DNA of 64,000 nt, taken from NCBI GenBank assembly GCA_049860595.1, contig CP187551.1; one strand, 5' to 3'. Source of the DNA: Methanocaldococcus sp. 16A. Its GTDB lineage: Archaea > AGJL01 > Methanococci > Methanococcales > Methanocaldococcaceae. Shown here one piece after another: positions 55,040 through 64,000 of the stretch. The notes beneath the pieces are model-generated. The model made no database searches, was not told the origin of the DNA, and saw nothing but the letters and a program-made list of their open reading frames with translations. Numbering within the stretch: position 1 is the stretch's first letter; every line of letters starts with the position of its first letter. A program made the translations under genes and the position numbers.

Positions 55040-56413
55040 ATGAAAACTCTAATCTTAGCGGGAGGTGTCGGGAGTAGATTATTTCCATTGAGTAGAGAAT
55101 ATTATCCAAAACAGTTTATAAAATTTAAAGCATTTAAAAAATCTCTTTTTCAATTAACTTTTGAGAGGGCTTTAAAGGTATCGGATATAGAAGATATTTA
55201 CATAGTAACCAATGACAAGCATAAGTTTCTGGTTTTAGGACAAATAGAAGAATTGGGTTATAATTTTAAAGAAAATAATATATTAGTAGAGCCTATAGGG
55301 AAAAATACATTGCCTGCAATCTATTATGGAGTTAAGGTTATAAAAGAGATAGATGGAGATGATTATGTAGCTGTATTTCCATCAGACCATTTAATTGAGA
55401 ATGAAGAGGAATTTATAAAAGCTGTTAAAGAAGGAGAGAAATTAGCTGATAATTATTTAATAACATTTGGAATAAAGCCAAATAAACCACACACTGGCTA
55501 TGGATATATAAAACCTGGAGAGAAGTTAGATATTGGTTATAAAGTAGATGAATTTAAAGAAAAGCCAGATTTAGAAACTGCTAAAAAATATATTGAGAGA
55601 GGTTATTTATGGAACAGTGGGATGTTTCTATTTAAAACTGATATTTTTGAAGAAGAAGTTAAAAGATATTGCCCTGAAATTTATGAAGCTTTTAAAGAAG
55701 AGGATATTAATGAAATTTATAAAAAAGTCCCTGACATCTCTATAGATTATGGTATCATGGAGAAATCTGATAGAGTAGCAGTTATCCCAATAAATATAAA
55801 ATGGAGTGATTTGGGTAGTTTTGATGCTATATATGATGTTTTTGATAAGGATGATAATGGAAATATTATTTATGGAGAAAATGTTATCTTAAATTCAAAA
55901 AATAATTTAGTATATTCTCATGATGGAAAATTAGTTTCTTTAATTGGTGTAGATAATTTAATTGTTGTTGATACAAAAGACGCTTTATTAATTTGTAATA
56001 AAGGTTATAGTCAGAAGGTTAAGGATATAGTTAAATATTTAAAACTAAAAAATGATGAGAGAGTTTTATTCCACAAAAAAGTTTATAGACCTTGGGGATG
56101 GTATGAGGTTTTGGAGGAGGGGAGATTTTATAAGGTTAAAAAGATAACCGTCTTACCAGGAAAAAAGTTAAGTTATCAACTACACTATCATAGAAGTGAG
56201 CACTGGGTTGTTGTTAAAGGAATGGCTAAAGTAACTATTGAGGGAGAAGAAAAGTTCGTTAGAAGTGGAGAAAGTATTTTTGTTAGAAGTGGTTTAAAGC
56301 ATAGATTAGAAAATCCTGGAAAGATTCCTTTAGAAGTTATTGAAATTCAAGTTGGTGAGTATTTGGGGGAGGATGATATCGTTAGATTCAATGACGATTG
56401 GGGGAGGAAATAA
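55040..56413 (+). CDS. manC: Mannose-1-phosphate guanylyltransferase / mannose-6-phosphate isomerase
   Basis: LAGG.GSRL.PLSR..YPKQF; EKP; WNSG; RPWG; H.HRSEHW cupin. Confidence 0.95.
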   Translation: MKTLILAGGVGSRLFPLSREYYPKQFIKFKAFKKSLFQLTFERALKVSDIEDIYIVTNDKHKFLVLGQIEELGYNFKENNILVEPIGKNTLPAIYYGVKVIKEIDGDDYVAVFPSDHLIENEEEFIKAVKEGEKLADNYLITFGIKPNKPHTGYGYIKPGEKLDIGYKVDEFKEKPDLETAKKYIERGYLWNSGMFLFKTDIFEEEVKRYCPEIYEAFKEEDINEIYKKVPDISIDYGIMEKSDRVAVIPINIKWSDLGSFDAIYDVFDKDDNGNIIYGENVILNSKNNLVYSHDGKLVSLIGVDNLIVVDTKDALLICNKGYSQKVKDIVKYLKLKNDERVLFHKKVYRPWGWYEVLEEGRFYKVKKITVLPGKKLSYQLHYHRSEHWVVVKGMAKVTIEGEEKFVRSGESIFVRSGLKHRLENPGKIPLEVIEIQVGEYLGEDDIVRFNDDWGRK

Positions 56414-56439
56414 AAAATTTTAATATTTGGTGGAATATA

Positions 56440-57768
56440 ATGTATGTTTCAGTTATTGGTACAGGATATGTAGGACTAATACAAGCGGTAGGATTAGCTG
56501 AGTTAGGGTTCAAAGTAGTAGGGATAGATATAGATGAAACAAAAATTAAAGCATTAAATAAGGGAGAGAGTCCATTATATGAAGAAGGATTAGAAGAGTT
56601 GTTAAAAAAGCATGTAAACAAAAATTTAACATTTACAACATCTTATGAGCCGATTAAAGAATCAGAAGTTATATTTTTATGTGTGGGGACGCCACAAGAT
56701 AAGGATGGAAATGCAGATTTAAGATTTTTATTCTCAGCTGTAGAAAAAATAAAAGAAACAATTGATAAAAATGACTATAAAGTTGTTGTTATAAAATCAA
56801 CGGTCCCTGTTGGAACTAATAGGAAAGTTAAAGAACTTTTAAAAGATTATAATGTTGATATAGTGTCTAATCCCGAATTTTTAAGAGAAGGAAAAGCAGT
56901 ATATTACTTCTTTAATCCAGAGAGAATAGTATTAGGTTTTGAAAATTTAGAGAAAAAAAGTGCAATTGAAATAATGAAAAGAATATATAAATATTTTGAA
57001 GAGAAAGGAGTTCCATTTGTAATAACCAATTGGGAAACATCTGAGTTAATAAAATATGCTTCTAATGCTTTCTTAGCAACAAAAATATCATTTATAAATG
57101 AATTAGCAAAATTAGCTGATAAAGTTAAAGCAGATATAAAAACAATAAGTTATGCTATGGGATTAGATGAAAGGATAGGTAATAAATTCTTAAATGCTGG
57201 AATTGGGTATGGTGGGAGCTGTTTTCCGAAAGATGTTAAAGCTTTGATAAAACAGTTTGAAAAGAATAATATTGATCCTATATTAATTAAAGCTACAGAT
57301 ACAGTTAATGAAAAGCAAATAGAATGGTTCTTTGAAAAAATTAAAAACTATTATAAAAACTTAGATGGAAAGGTTTTTGCTGTCTTAGGATTAGCTTTTA
57401 AGCCAAATACTGATGATTTAAGAGAAAGTAGGGCTATAAAATTAATAGATATGTTGTTGGAAAATGGTGCTATCGTTAAAGGCTTTGATTATGTAAAAAA
57501 AGCAAGAGAAAACGCTATTAACCTGTATAAATTAGATAAGTCAAAAGGCTATTATGGTTATAATTTCTATGTATTTGATAACTTATACGAAACTGTTAAA
57601 GATGTCGATGGGATTGTTATAGCTGTTGAATATAATGAGTTTAATAAAGAAGATTGGGAAAGAATAGCTAACTTAGTTAAAGAAAAGGTTATTTTCGATG
57701 GTAGAAATATCTTAGATCCTGAAAAAATCTTAAAATTGGGTTTTAGATATTTTGGGGTGGGTAGATAA
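56440..57768 (+). CDS. ugd: UDP-glucose/GDP-mannose 6-dehydrogenase
   Basis: GTGYVG; KSTVP; NPEFLREG; GYGGSCFPKD; start revised to ATG 56440. Confidence 0.9.
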   Translation: MYVSVIGTGYVGLIQAVGLAELGFKVVGIDIDETKIKALNKGESPLYEEGLEELLKKHVNKNLTFTTSYEPIKESEVIFLCVGTPQDKDGNADLRFLFSAVEKIKETIDKNDYKVVVIKSTVPVGTNRKVKELLKDYNVDIVSNPEFLREGKAVYYFFNPERIVLGFENLEKKSAIEIMKRIYKYFEEKGVPFVITNWETSELIKYASNAFLATKISFINELAKLADKVKADIKTISYAMGLDERIGNKFLNAGIGYGGSCFPKDVKALIKQFEKNNIDPILIKATDTVNEKQIEWFFEKIKNYYKNLDGKVFAVLGLAFKPNTDDLRESRAIKLIDMLLENGAIVKGFDYVKKARENAINLYKLDKSKGYYGYNFYVFDNLYETVKDVDGIVIAVEYNEFNKEDWERIANLVKEKVIFDGRNILDPEKILKLGFRYFGVGR

Positions 57769-57785
57769 AGCTTTGAGAAGGAATA

Positions 57786-58051
57786 ATGAAAATCTTAATT
57801 ACAGGAGGGGAAGGATTTATGGGGTTAAAGTTAGCATTAAAATTGCAAGATAAGGAACATGAAGTTATAGTTATAGACGACTTCTCAAAGAATATATAAA
57901 TAATCCATATCAAGAGTTTTATCAAGAACATACTGAGGCTGATTTAACTAACGCCAAAAAATATTTGGGATATAAACCTAAATGGAATTTTGAAGATGCG
58001 GTTAAAGACTATATTGAATGGTTGAGAGATAATGATTACGTATTGAGATAA
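57786..58051 (+). pseudogene. Internally deleted NAD-dependent epimerase (RfaD/HldD-like extended SDR)
   Basis: 57786-57899 encodes MKILITGGEGFMG...VIDDFS; 57890-58051 in another frame encodes EYINNPYQEFYQEHTEADLT.AKKYLGYKPKWNFEDAVKDY; the catalytic core is missing. Confidence 0.85.
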
Positions 58052-58079
58052 AGTTAAACAATAAAAAATAGGTGATATA

Positions 58080-59120
58080 ATGAAAAATAAAATTGCTCTT
58101 ATTACAGGAATTACAGGACAAGATGGATATTTTTTAACAAAATTATTATTAGAAAAAGGTTACGAAGTTCATGGTATTGTAAGAAGAAATAGCCAAAATT
58201 CTTTAGGAAACTTAGAATACTTATCAGAGGAAGAAAAAGAACAGATAAATATCCATTGGGGAGATGTTACAGACAATTTATTTATAGATGAAGTTATTAA
58301 AAAAATCCAGCCAGATGAAGTTTATCACTTAGCTGCACAGAGTTTTGTATGGTTTAGTTTTAAAAATCCAAGATTTACTTATGATGTTAATATAGGCGGG
58401 ACATTAAATGTCGTTAATGCTATAAAGGAGTACTCTCCAGATTCAAGGATGTATTTTGCTGCAACATCTGAACTTTATGGTAAAGTTCAGGAGATTCCTC
58501 AAAAAGAGACTACACCTTTCTATCCAAGAAGTCCATATGCTGTCTCCAAATTAGCAGGTTTTTGGACAGTTAAAAATTATAGAGAAAGTTATGGTTTGTT
58601 TATGAGTAATGGTATTCTGTTTAATCACGAAAGTGAAATGAGAGGTCCTGAATTTGTTACAAGAAAAATAAGTTTAGGAGTAGCTAAAATTTATTACGGC
58701 TTGCAGGATTGCATAGAATTAGGTAATTTAAACGCTAAAAGGGATTGGGGTTATGCAAAAGATTATGTTTATGGAATGTGGTTGATATTACAACATAATA
58801 AACCGGATGACTTCGTTCTTGCTACTGGAGAAACACATTCTGTTAGGGAATTTGTTGAAGAAGCTTTTAAAGTTGTAGGTATTGATATTGAATGGGAAGG
58901 AGAGGGAGTTAATGAGATTGGTAAAGATGCTAGGACTGGAAAAGTTTTGGTAAAAGTCAATCCTGAGTTTTTCAGACCTGCGGAAGTTGATATATTAGTG
59001 GGAGATTACTCAAAGGCAAAAAGGGAATTAGGTTGGGAACCAAAAGTTAAATTTAAGGATTTAGTTAAAATAATGGTTGAAAAAGATTTAGAAAGAATAG
59101 AAAATGGAATTATTAAATAA
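58080..59120 (+). CDS. gmd: GDP-mannose 4,6-dehydratase
   Basis: ALITGITGQDG; PFYPRSPY; FNHES; RDWG; RPAEV. Confidence 0.95.
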   Translation: MKNKIALITGITGQDGYFLTKLLLEKGYEVHGIVRRNSQNSLGNLEYLSEEEKEQINIHWGDVTDNLFIDEVIKKIQPDEVYHLAAQSFVWFSFKNPRFTYDVNIGGTLNVVNAIKEYSPDSRMYFAATSELYGKVQEIPQKETTPFYPRSPYAVSKLAGFWTVKNYRESYGLFMSNGILFNHESEMRGPEFVTRKISLGVAKIYYGLQDCIELGNLNAKRDWGYAKDYVYGMWLILQHNKPDDFVLATGETHSVREFVEEAFKVVGIDIEWEGEGVNEIGKDARTGKVLVKVNPEFFRPAEVDILVGDYSKAKRELGWEPKVKFKDLVKIMVEKDLERIENGIIK

Positions 59121-59139
59121 TTAATATTTGGGGTTTATT

Positions 59140-59832
59140 ATGGCAAATAAAAAAATTTTAGCAATAATTCCTGCTTACAATGAAGAGAAGTCTATTAAGA
59201 TAGTTATTAAAAATATTAAAGATATTGTTGATGGTATTTTAGTAATTGATGATGGAAGTGAAGACAACACATATAAATATGCAAAAGAGTGTGGAGTTGA
59301 GGTTATAAGGTTTGAGAAGAATAGAGGGAAAGGAGCTGCCATAAGAGAAGGTTATAAGTATTTTATGAATTCTAATTATGATATTTGTGTAATTTATGAT
59401 GCAGATGGGCAATATAGAAAGGAAGATATTCCTAAGGTTTGTGAGCCAATTATTAAAGATGAAGCTGATATTGTTGTAGGTTCAAGATTTTTAGGAAAAT
59501 ATAAAGAAGGAGCTAACGTAAATTATAAATTAAGGATTTTATGTAATAATATATCAACTTTTGTGACTCGATTGATGAGTGGATTACCTACCACAGATGC
59601 GCAAAGTGGTTTAGTGGCAATTAATAAATATGCTGCTAAAGTTTTAGATTTAAAAGCTGATAGGTGGGGAATACATCAAGAAATTATTATAAGAGCTGGA
59701 AAAAAAGGTTTAAGATATAAAGAGGTTCCAATAGTATTTGAGAAGAGATTGCATGGGGTTTCTCGGTTGAAGGTTTTGAAATATCCGTTTATTGCATTTC
59801 CTGTGATGTTGAAAGCATGGATTAGGAGATAA
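59140..59832 (+). CDS. Glycosyltransferase family 2 (DPM1-like)
   Basis: IIPAYNEE; DDGS.D; N.GKG.A; DADGQ; DAQSG. Confidence 0.9.
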   Translation: MANKKILAIIPAYNEEKSIKIVIKNIKDIVDGILVIDDGSEDNTYKYAKECGVEVIRFEKNRGKGAAIREGYKYFMNSNYDICVIYDADGQYRKEDIPKVCEPIIKDEADIVVGSRFLGKYKEGANVNYKLRILCNNISTFVTRLMSGLPTTDAQSGLVAINKYAAKVLDLKADRWGIHQEIIIRAGKKGLRYKEVPIVFEKRLHGVSRLKVLKYPFIAFPVMLKAWIRR

Positions 59833-59844
59833 ATTGGGATATTT

Positions 59845-60909
59845 ATGAAAATACTATACATTTGTGGAAGAGAGCCAACATATACAAGAAATTCAGTAAT
59901 ATTAAATGGGTTAATATTACAAAATATTGATGTTATAAAATGCACAAGTGTTGCGAATACTTATCCAAAAAGATATCTTGAAGTGCTGACTAAATATATA
60001 TCAAAAATAAATGAAAATTATGATGTCATATTTATTGGATTTCTTGGACAGCCGTTGGTTCCAATTATAAAACGACTAACTAACAAACCTATAATTTTTG
60101 ATGCGTTTATTTCTATATACGATACTCTGTGTTATGATAGAAAAAAATTTAACCCAAATTCATTTACAGGGAAACTATTTTATTACATAGATAAAAAATC
60201 ATGTGAGTTTTCAGATATAACATTACTAGATACAAATGCACATATAGATTACTTTGTTGAAACTTTTAGATTAGATAAAAATAAATTTAAAAGAATATTT
60301 GTTGGTGCAGATACAGATCTTTTTTATCCAAGAAATATTAGAAAAGAAAATAAAGATACATTTAATGTTTTTTATTATGGAACATATTTACCTTTACATG
60401 GAATTGAGTATATAATTCATTCAGCAAAAATTTTAGAGAAATACAAAGAGATAAAATTTAAAATTATTGGGAATGGGTTGGAATATCAAAAAATTATGAA
60501 ACTTGCAAAAAGTTTGGATGTGAAAAACATAGAATTTATAGATTGGATTCCCTATACTGAATTACCAATCGAAATAGCCAAAGCAGATATTTGTTTAGGA
60601 GGTCATTTTTCGAATATCGACAAAGCAAAAAGAGTTATCTCTGGAAAAACATTTCAATTTTTAGCCATGAAAAAACCGGTTATTGTTGGGGATAATCCAG
60701 CAAATAGGGAATTGCTTGAAGATAGAAAAAGTGCATTATTTGTAGAGCATTCTAATCCTGAAGATTTAGCTGAAAAAATTTTAGAATTAAAAGATAATGA
60801 AAAATTGAGAGAAAAAATTGCAGAAAATGGATATAAAATTTTTAAAGAGAATTGTACGCCAGAAGTTATTGGAAAGGAATTATTGAAAATTATTGAAAAG
60901 GTTATCTAA
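59845..60909 (+). CDS. Glycosyltransferase family 4
   Basis: GT-B fold; YYGT..PLHG; K.FQ.LAM.KPVI. Confidence 0.85.
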   Translation: MKILYICGREPTYTRNSVILNGLILQNIDVIKCTSVANTYPKRYLEVLTKYISKINENYDVIFIGFLGQPLVPIIKRLTNKPIIFDAFISIYDTLCYDRKKFNPNSFTGKLFYYIDKKSCEFSDITLLDTNAHIDYFVETFRLDKNKFKRIFVGADTDLFYPRNIRKENKDTFNVFYYGTYLPLHGIEYIIHSAKILEKYKEIKFKIIGNGLEYQKIMKLAKSLDVKNIEFIDWIPYTELPIEIAKADICLGGHFSNIDKAKRVISGKTFQFLAMKKPVIVGDNPANRELLEDRKSALFVEHSNPEDLAEKILELKDNEKLREKIAENGYKIFKENCTPEVIGKELLKIIEKVI

Positions 60910-60919
60910 TGTGGTATGT

Positions 60920-62044
60920 ATGAAGGTAGGAATTGTATCAGATAGATTAAACAGAACATTAACCGGAGTGGGAAATTATGTTTATAATTTAATAAAGGAG
61001 CTATCAAAAATTGATAAAAATATTTATTTAATAAATTATAAAGAAAATAATTTATTTCCAGAATTAAATAAAATTATTATAAAAAATCCTTTTGATATAT
61101 TCCCAAAAAAATATTCTTACTATTTTTGGCATCTATATTTAAATTATTATTTAAACACTGAAAAAATTGATTTGGACATTGTACACAGTCCTGAAAATGT
61201 ATCGTTATTTATTAAATTTAAAAAAACTAAAAAAATTATAACAATCTATGACATCATGGCTTTTTGTTTTCCTGATGTATGTAATTTCATAACTCGTAAT
61301 AGGTATAAAATACTATTACCGAAAACACTAAAAACATCTGATAAAATTATATCAATATCTAACCATACAAAACAAGACTTAATAAAACACTTTAAGATTC
61401 CAGAAGATAAAATAAAAGTTATACATTTAGCAGCAAATGAGGACTACAAACCATTAAAAGAAAATGAAATAAATAAAATTAAACAAAAATATAATTTAAA
61501 TTATCCGTTTATTTTATATGTTGGAGGATTAGCACCAAATAAAAATATTGAAAGATTGATACAAGCATTTTACAAACTCAAAAAGCAAGGGATTAATCAT
61601 AAATTAATACTAACTGGGATAAAAAGGTATAAATACAAATCCATCTTTGAAACCATAGAAAAACTAAACTTACAAAAGGATGTTATATTTACAGGTTATG
61701 TTCCAGATGAGGATTTACCAGGCTTATATAATGCAGCAGATTTATTCGTTTATCCTTCTCTTTATGAAGGGTTTGGATTACCACCATTAGAAGCTATGGC
61801 TTGCGGAACGCCAGTAATAACTTCAAATACTTCATCATTACCAGAAGTCGTTGGAGATGCTGGAATAATGGTCAATCCTTACGATGTCGATGAATTAGCT
61901 AAAGCTATGTATGAAGTTTTAACTAATGACGGATTAAGAGAAGAACTATCTAAAAAAGGATTAGAACGAGCTAAATTATTCAGTTGGAAAAAATGTGCAG
62001 AGGAACATTTAAAAGTTTATGAAGAAGTTTATAATATGAAATAG
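60920..62044 (+). CDS. Glycosyltransferase family 4 (mannosyltransferase MtfB-like)
   Basis: [22 protein letters not shown]. Confidence 0.9.
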   Translation: MKVGIVSDRLNRTLTGVGNYVYNLIKELSKIDKNIYLINYKENNLFPELNKIIIKNPFDIFPKKYSYYFWHLYLNYYLNTEKIDLDIVHSPENVSLFIKFKKTKKIITIYDIMAFCFPDVCNFITRNRYKILLPKTLKTSDKIISISNHTKQDLIKHFKIPEDKIKVIHLAANEDYKPLKENEINKIKQKYNLNYPFILYVGGLAPNKNIERLIQAFYKLKKQGINHKLILTGIKRYKYKSIFETIEKLNLQKDVIFTGYVPDEDLPGLYNAADLFVYPSLYEGFGLPPLEAMACGTPVITSNTSSLPEVVGDAGIMVNPYDVDELAKAMYEVLTNDGLREELSKKGLERAKLFSWKKCAEEHLKVYEEVYNMK

Positions 62045-63218
62045 GGGGAATTGTATGAAAATAGGTATTATTGCAAATCCAATAGATGATATAAAAACAG
62101 GTATAGGTTCATATACATATAATGTATTATCGGAACTTTTTAAAATAGAATATGAAAAAAATAACGATAATAAATATACTATAATCCATCGTAAAAAATG
62201 CGAACATTTGAATAATATGTTAAATAAATACAATTTTTTAAATGAAATTATAATACCAGTACCTAAAATACCATTTGGACACGAAATTCAAAAGATGATA
62301 ATTACACCTAAAGTATTAAAAAATCATGATTTTGATATAGTCCATGATGTATATCATTTTGGACCTTTTTTATTTTTAAAAAAACCTAAGAGAATTTTAA
62401 CTGTTTATGATTTAACTCCATTACTGTATTCTAAAACTCATAAAAAAAGTAAAGTATTAATGCATAAATATTATTTTCCATTAGTTTTAAAAGTAACAGA
62501 TAAAATAATTGCAATATCACATCACACAAAAAACGATATAATAAAACACTTCAAAATTCCAGAAGATAAAATAAGAGTTATACACTTAGCAGCGAATGAA
62601 AACTACAGACCATTAAAAGAAAATGAAATAAATAAAATTAAACAAAAGTATAATTTAAATGATCCATTTATTTTATATGTTGGAACATTAGAACCAAGAA
62701 AAAACATTCTAAACTTATTGAAAGCATTTTACAAACTCAAAAAACAAGGAATAAAACATAAATTAGTAATAACTGGTAAAAAAGGCTGGAAGTATAGAAA
62801 TATTTTTGAACTTATTGATAAACTAAACCTACAAAAGGAAGTTATATTTACAGGTTATGTTCCAGATGAGGATTTACCAGGTTTATATAACGCAGCAGAT
62901 TTATTCGTTTATCCTTCTCTTTATGAAGGGTTTGGATTACCACCATTAGAAGCTATGGCTTGCGGAACGCCAGTAATAACTTCAAATACTTCATCATTAC
63001 CAGAAGTCGTTGGAGATGCTGGAATAATGGTCAATCCTTACGATGTCGATGAATTAGCTAAAGCTATGTATGAAGTTTTAACTAATGACGGATTAAGAGA
63101 AGAACTATCTAAAAAAGGATTAGAACGAGCTAAATTATTCAGTTGGAAAAAATGTGCAGAGGAACATTTAAAAGTCTATGAAGAAGTTTATAATATGAGA
63201 TGAGGGGAATTGTATGAA
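61682..63218 (+). repeat. Near-identical direct repeat of ~375 bp (61682-62059 and 62841-63218)
   Basis: 3' ends of the two GT4 genes plus the stop/RBS/ATG region match almost base for base, offset 1159 bp. Confidence 0.92.
62055..63203 (+). CDS. Glycosyltransferase family 4 (mannosyltransferase MtfB-like)
   Basis: VGTLEPRKN; [18 protein letters not shown]. Confidence 0.9.
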   Translation: MKIGIIANPIDDIKTGIGSYTYNVLSELFKIEYEKNNDNKYTIIHRKKCEHLNNMLNKYNFLNEIIIPVPKIPFGHEIQKMIITPKVLKNHDFDIVHDVYHFGPFLFLKKPKRILTVYDLTPLLYSKTHKKSKVLMHKYYFPLVLKVTDKIIAISHHTKNDIIKHFKIPEDKIRVIHLAANENYRPLKENEINKIKQKYNLNDPFILYVGTLEPRKNILNLLKAFYKLKKQGIKHKLVITGKKGWKYRNIFELIDKLNLQKEVIFTGYVPDEDLPGLYNAADLFVYPSLYEGFGLPPLEAMACGTPVITSNTSSLPEVVGDAGIMVNPYDVDELAKAMYEVLTNDGLREELSKKGLERAKLFSWKKCAEEHLKVYEEVYNMR

Positions 63219-64000
63219 GTTTGAAAATCCATTTAAATTACAGAATTGGAAATTTAAAAAATTTTTAATAATCATCTTATTTTTCCAAATATCTTTATTG
63301 GGATTATTCGCATTAAACAAGTTAGGAATGGATACTCCAATTATAAGACCGTTAATTGGATTTATTTATTTATCCTTCGTTCCGGGTTATTTATTGTTAA
63401 GAATCTTAAGATTACATAATTTAAGTAGTATTGAAAGTTTCTTATATGCTCTTGGATTGAGTTTATTTATAGATATGTTCGTTGGATTTTTAATGAATAT
63501 GTTTTATCCAATTTTAGGAATAACAGATAAACCAATTTCAGAAATTCCAATAGTCTTAACAATGGCAGGAGTTGTGTTCTTGTTGTATATTATTGCATAT
63601 CTTAGAGATAAAGATTATGATAATCCCGATTTTATAGATTTAAAAGATATTTTAAATCCACAGGTTTTATTTTTAAGTTTAATTCCATTTATGGCGATAT
63701 TTGGAACCTATTTGGTGAATTATTATCACAATAATATTTTGTTAATGATAATGATTGTTGTTATTGCATTGGTTGCTTTAGTTATTGGATTTACTAATTG
63801 GATTGATGAAAAATATTATCCTTATGCTATTTGGGTTATGGCGATTGCGTTGATTTTTCATGTTAGTTTATTTACAAATTATATACCTGTCCAAGATGTT
63901 TATGGTGAATTTTATATTGCCAATAGTGTTATAGGTAATCATATTTGGAACTATAATCTTTCCTCTAGCTATAATTCCGTCTTAAGTGATACTCTACTAC
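63214..64000 (+). CDS. DUF2206-like polytopic membrane protein (runs off the window)
   Basis: Hand translation MKFENPFKLQNW...GFIYLSFVPGYLLLRIL...YALGLSL; preceded by a GGGG RBS. Confidence 0.75.
   Translation, partial: MKFENPFKLQNWKFKKFLIIILFFQISLLGLFALNKLGMDTPIIRPLIGFIYLSFVPGYLLLRILRLHNLSSIESFLYALGLSLFIDMFVGFLMNMFYPILGITDKPISEIPIVLTMAGVVFLLYIIAYLRDKDYDNPDFIDLKDILNPQVLFLSLIPFMAIFGTYLVNYYHNNILLMIMIVVIALVALVIGFTNWIDEKYYPYAIWVMAIALIFHVSLFTNYIPVQDVYGEFYIANSVIGNHIWNYNLSSSYNSVLSDTLL

Overview
AT-rich archaeal chromosome segment. Gene content and order point to a hyperthermophilic methanogen of the genus Methanocaldococcus (inferred from protein identities). Most of the window is housekeeping: por operon, dapL, ahcY, bioB, tpiA, hisA, PINA ATPase, mer, F420-type thioredoxin reductase, pstK, dadD, ilvC, the HMG-CoA synthase/thiolase/DUF35 cluster, aspS, taw2, a nickel ECF transporter and galU. 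A MoxR/DUF58 cluster and a sugar-nucleotide/glycosyltransferase cluster fill the right end. Main points of interest: (1) a prokaryotic Argonaute broken into three pieces by an internal deletion and a poly-A frameshift, with an intact MID-PIWI half (5'-phosphate pocket and DEDD tetrad), next to a CRISPR-leader-like AT-rich tract that has no array; (2) a hypothetical protein divergent from pstK and coupled to the thioredoxin reductase that reads like a highly diverged TrpRS paralog, with degenerate HIGH/KMSKS motifs and a Cys-rich C-terminus; (3) eight copies of a ~90-bp palindromic MITE-like repeat, two of them a near-identical inverted pair around the PINA gene; (4) a Trm112/2H-phosphoesterase/CorA-like operon; (5) a deleted epimerase gene and two glycosyltransferases with near-identical 3' ends. 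No rRNA, tRNA, CRISPR array or transposase was seen. All family assignments are by eye and were not confirmed by database search.
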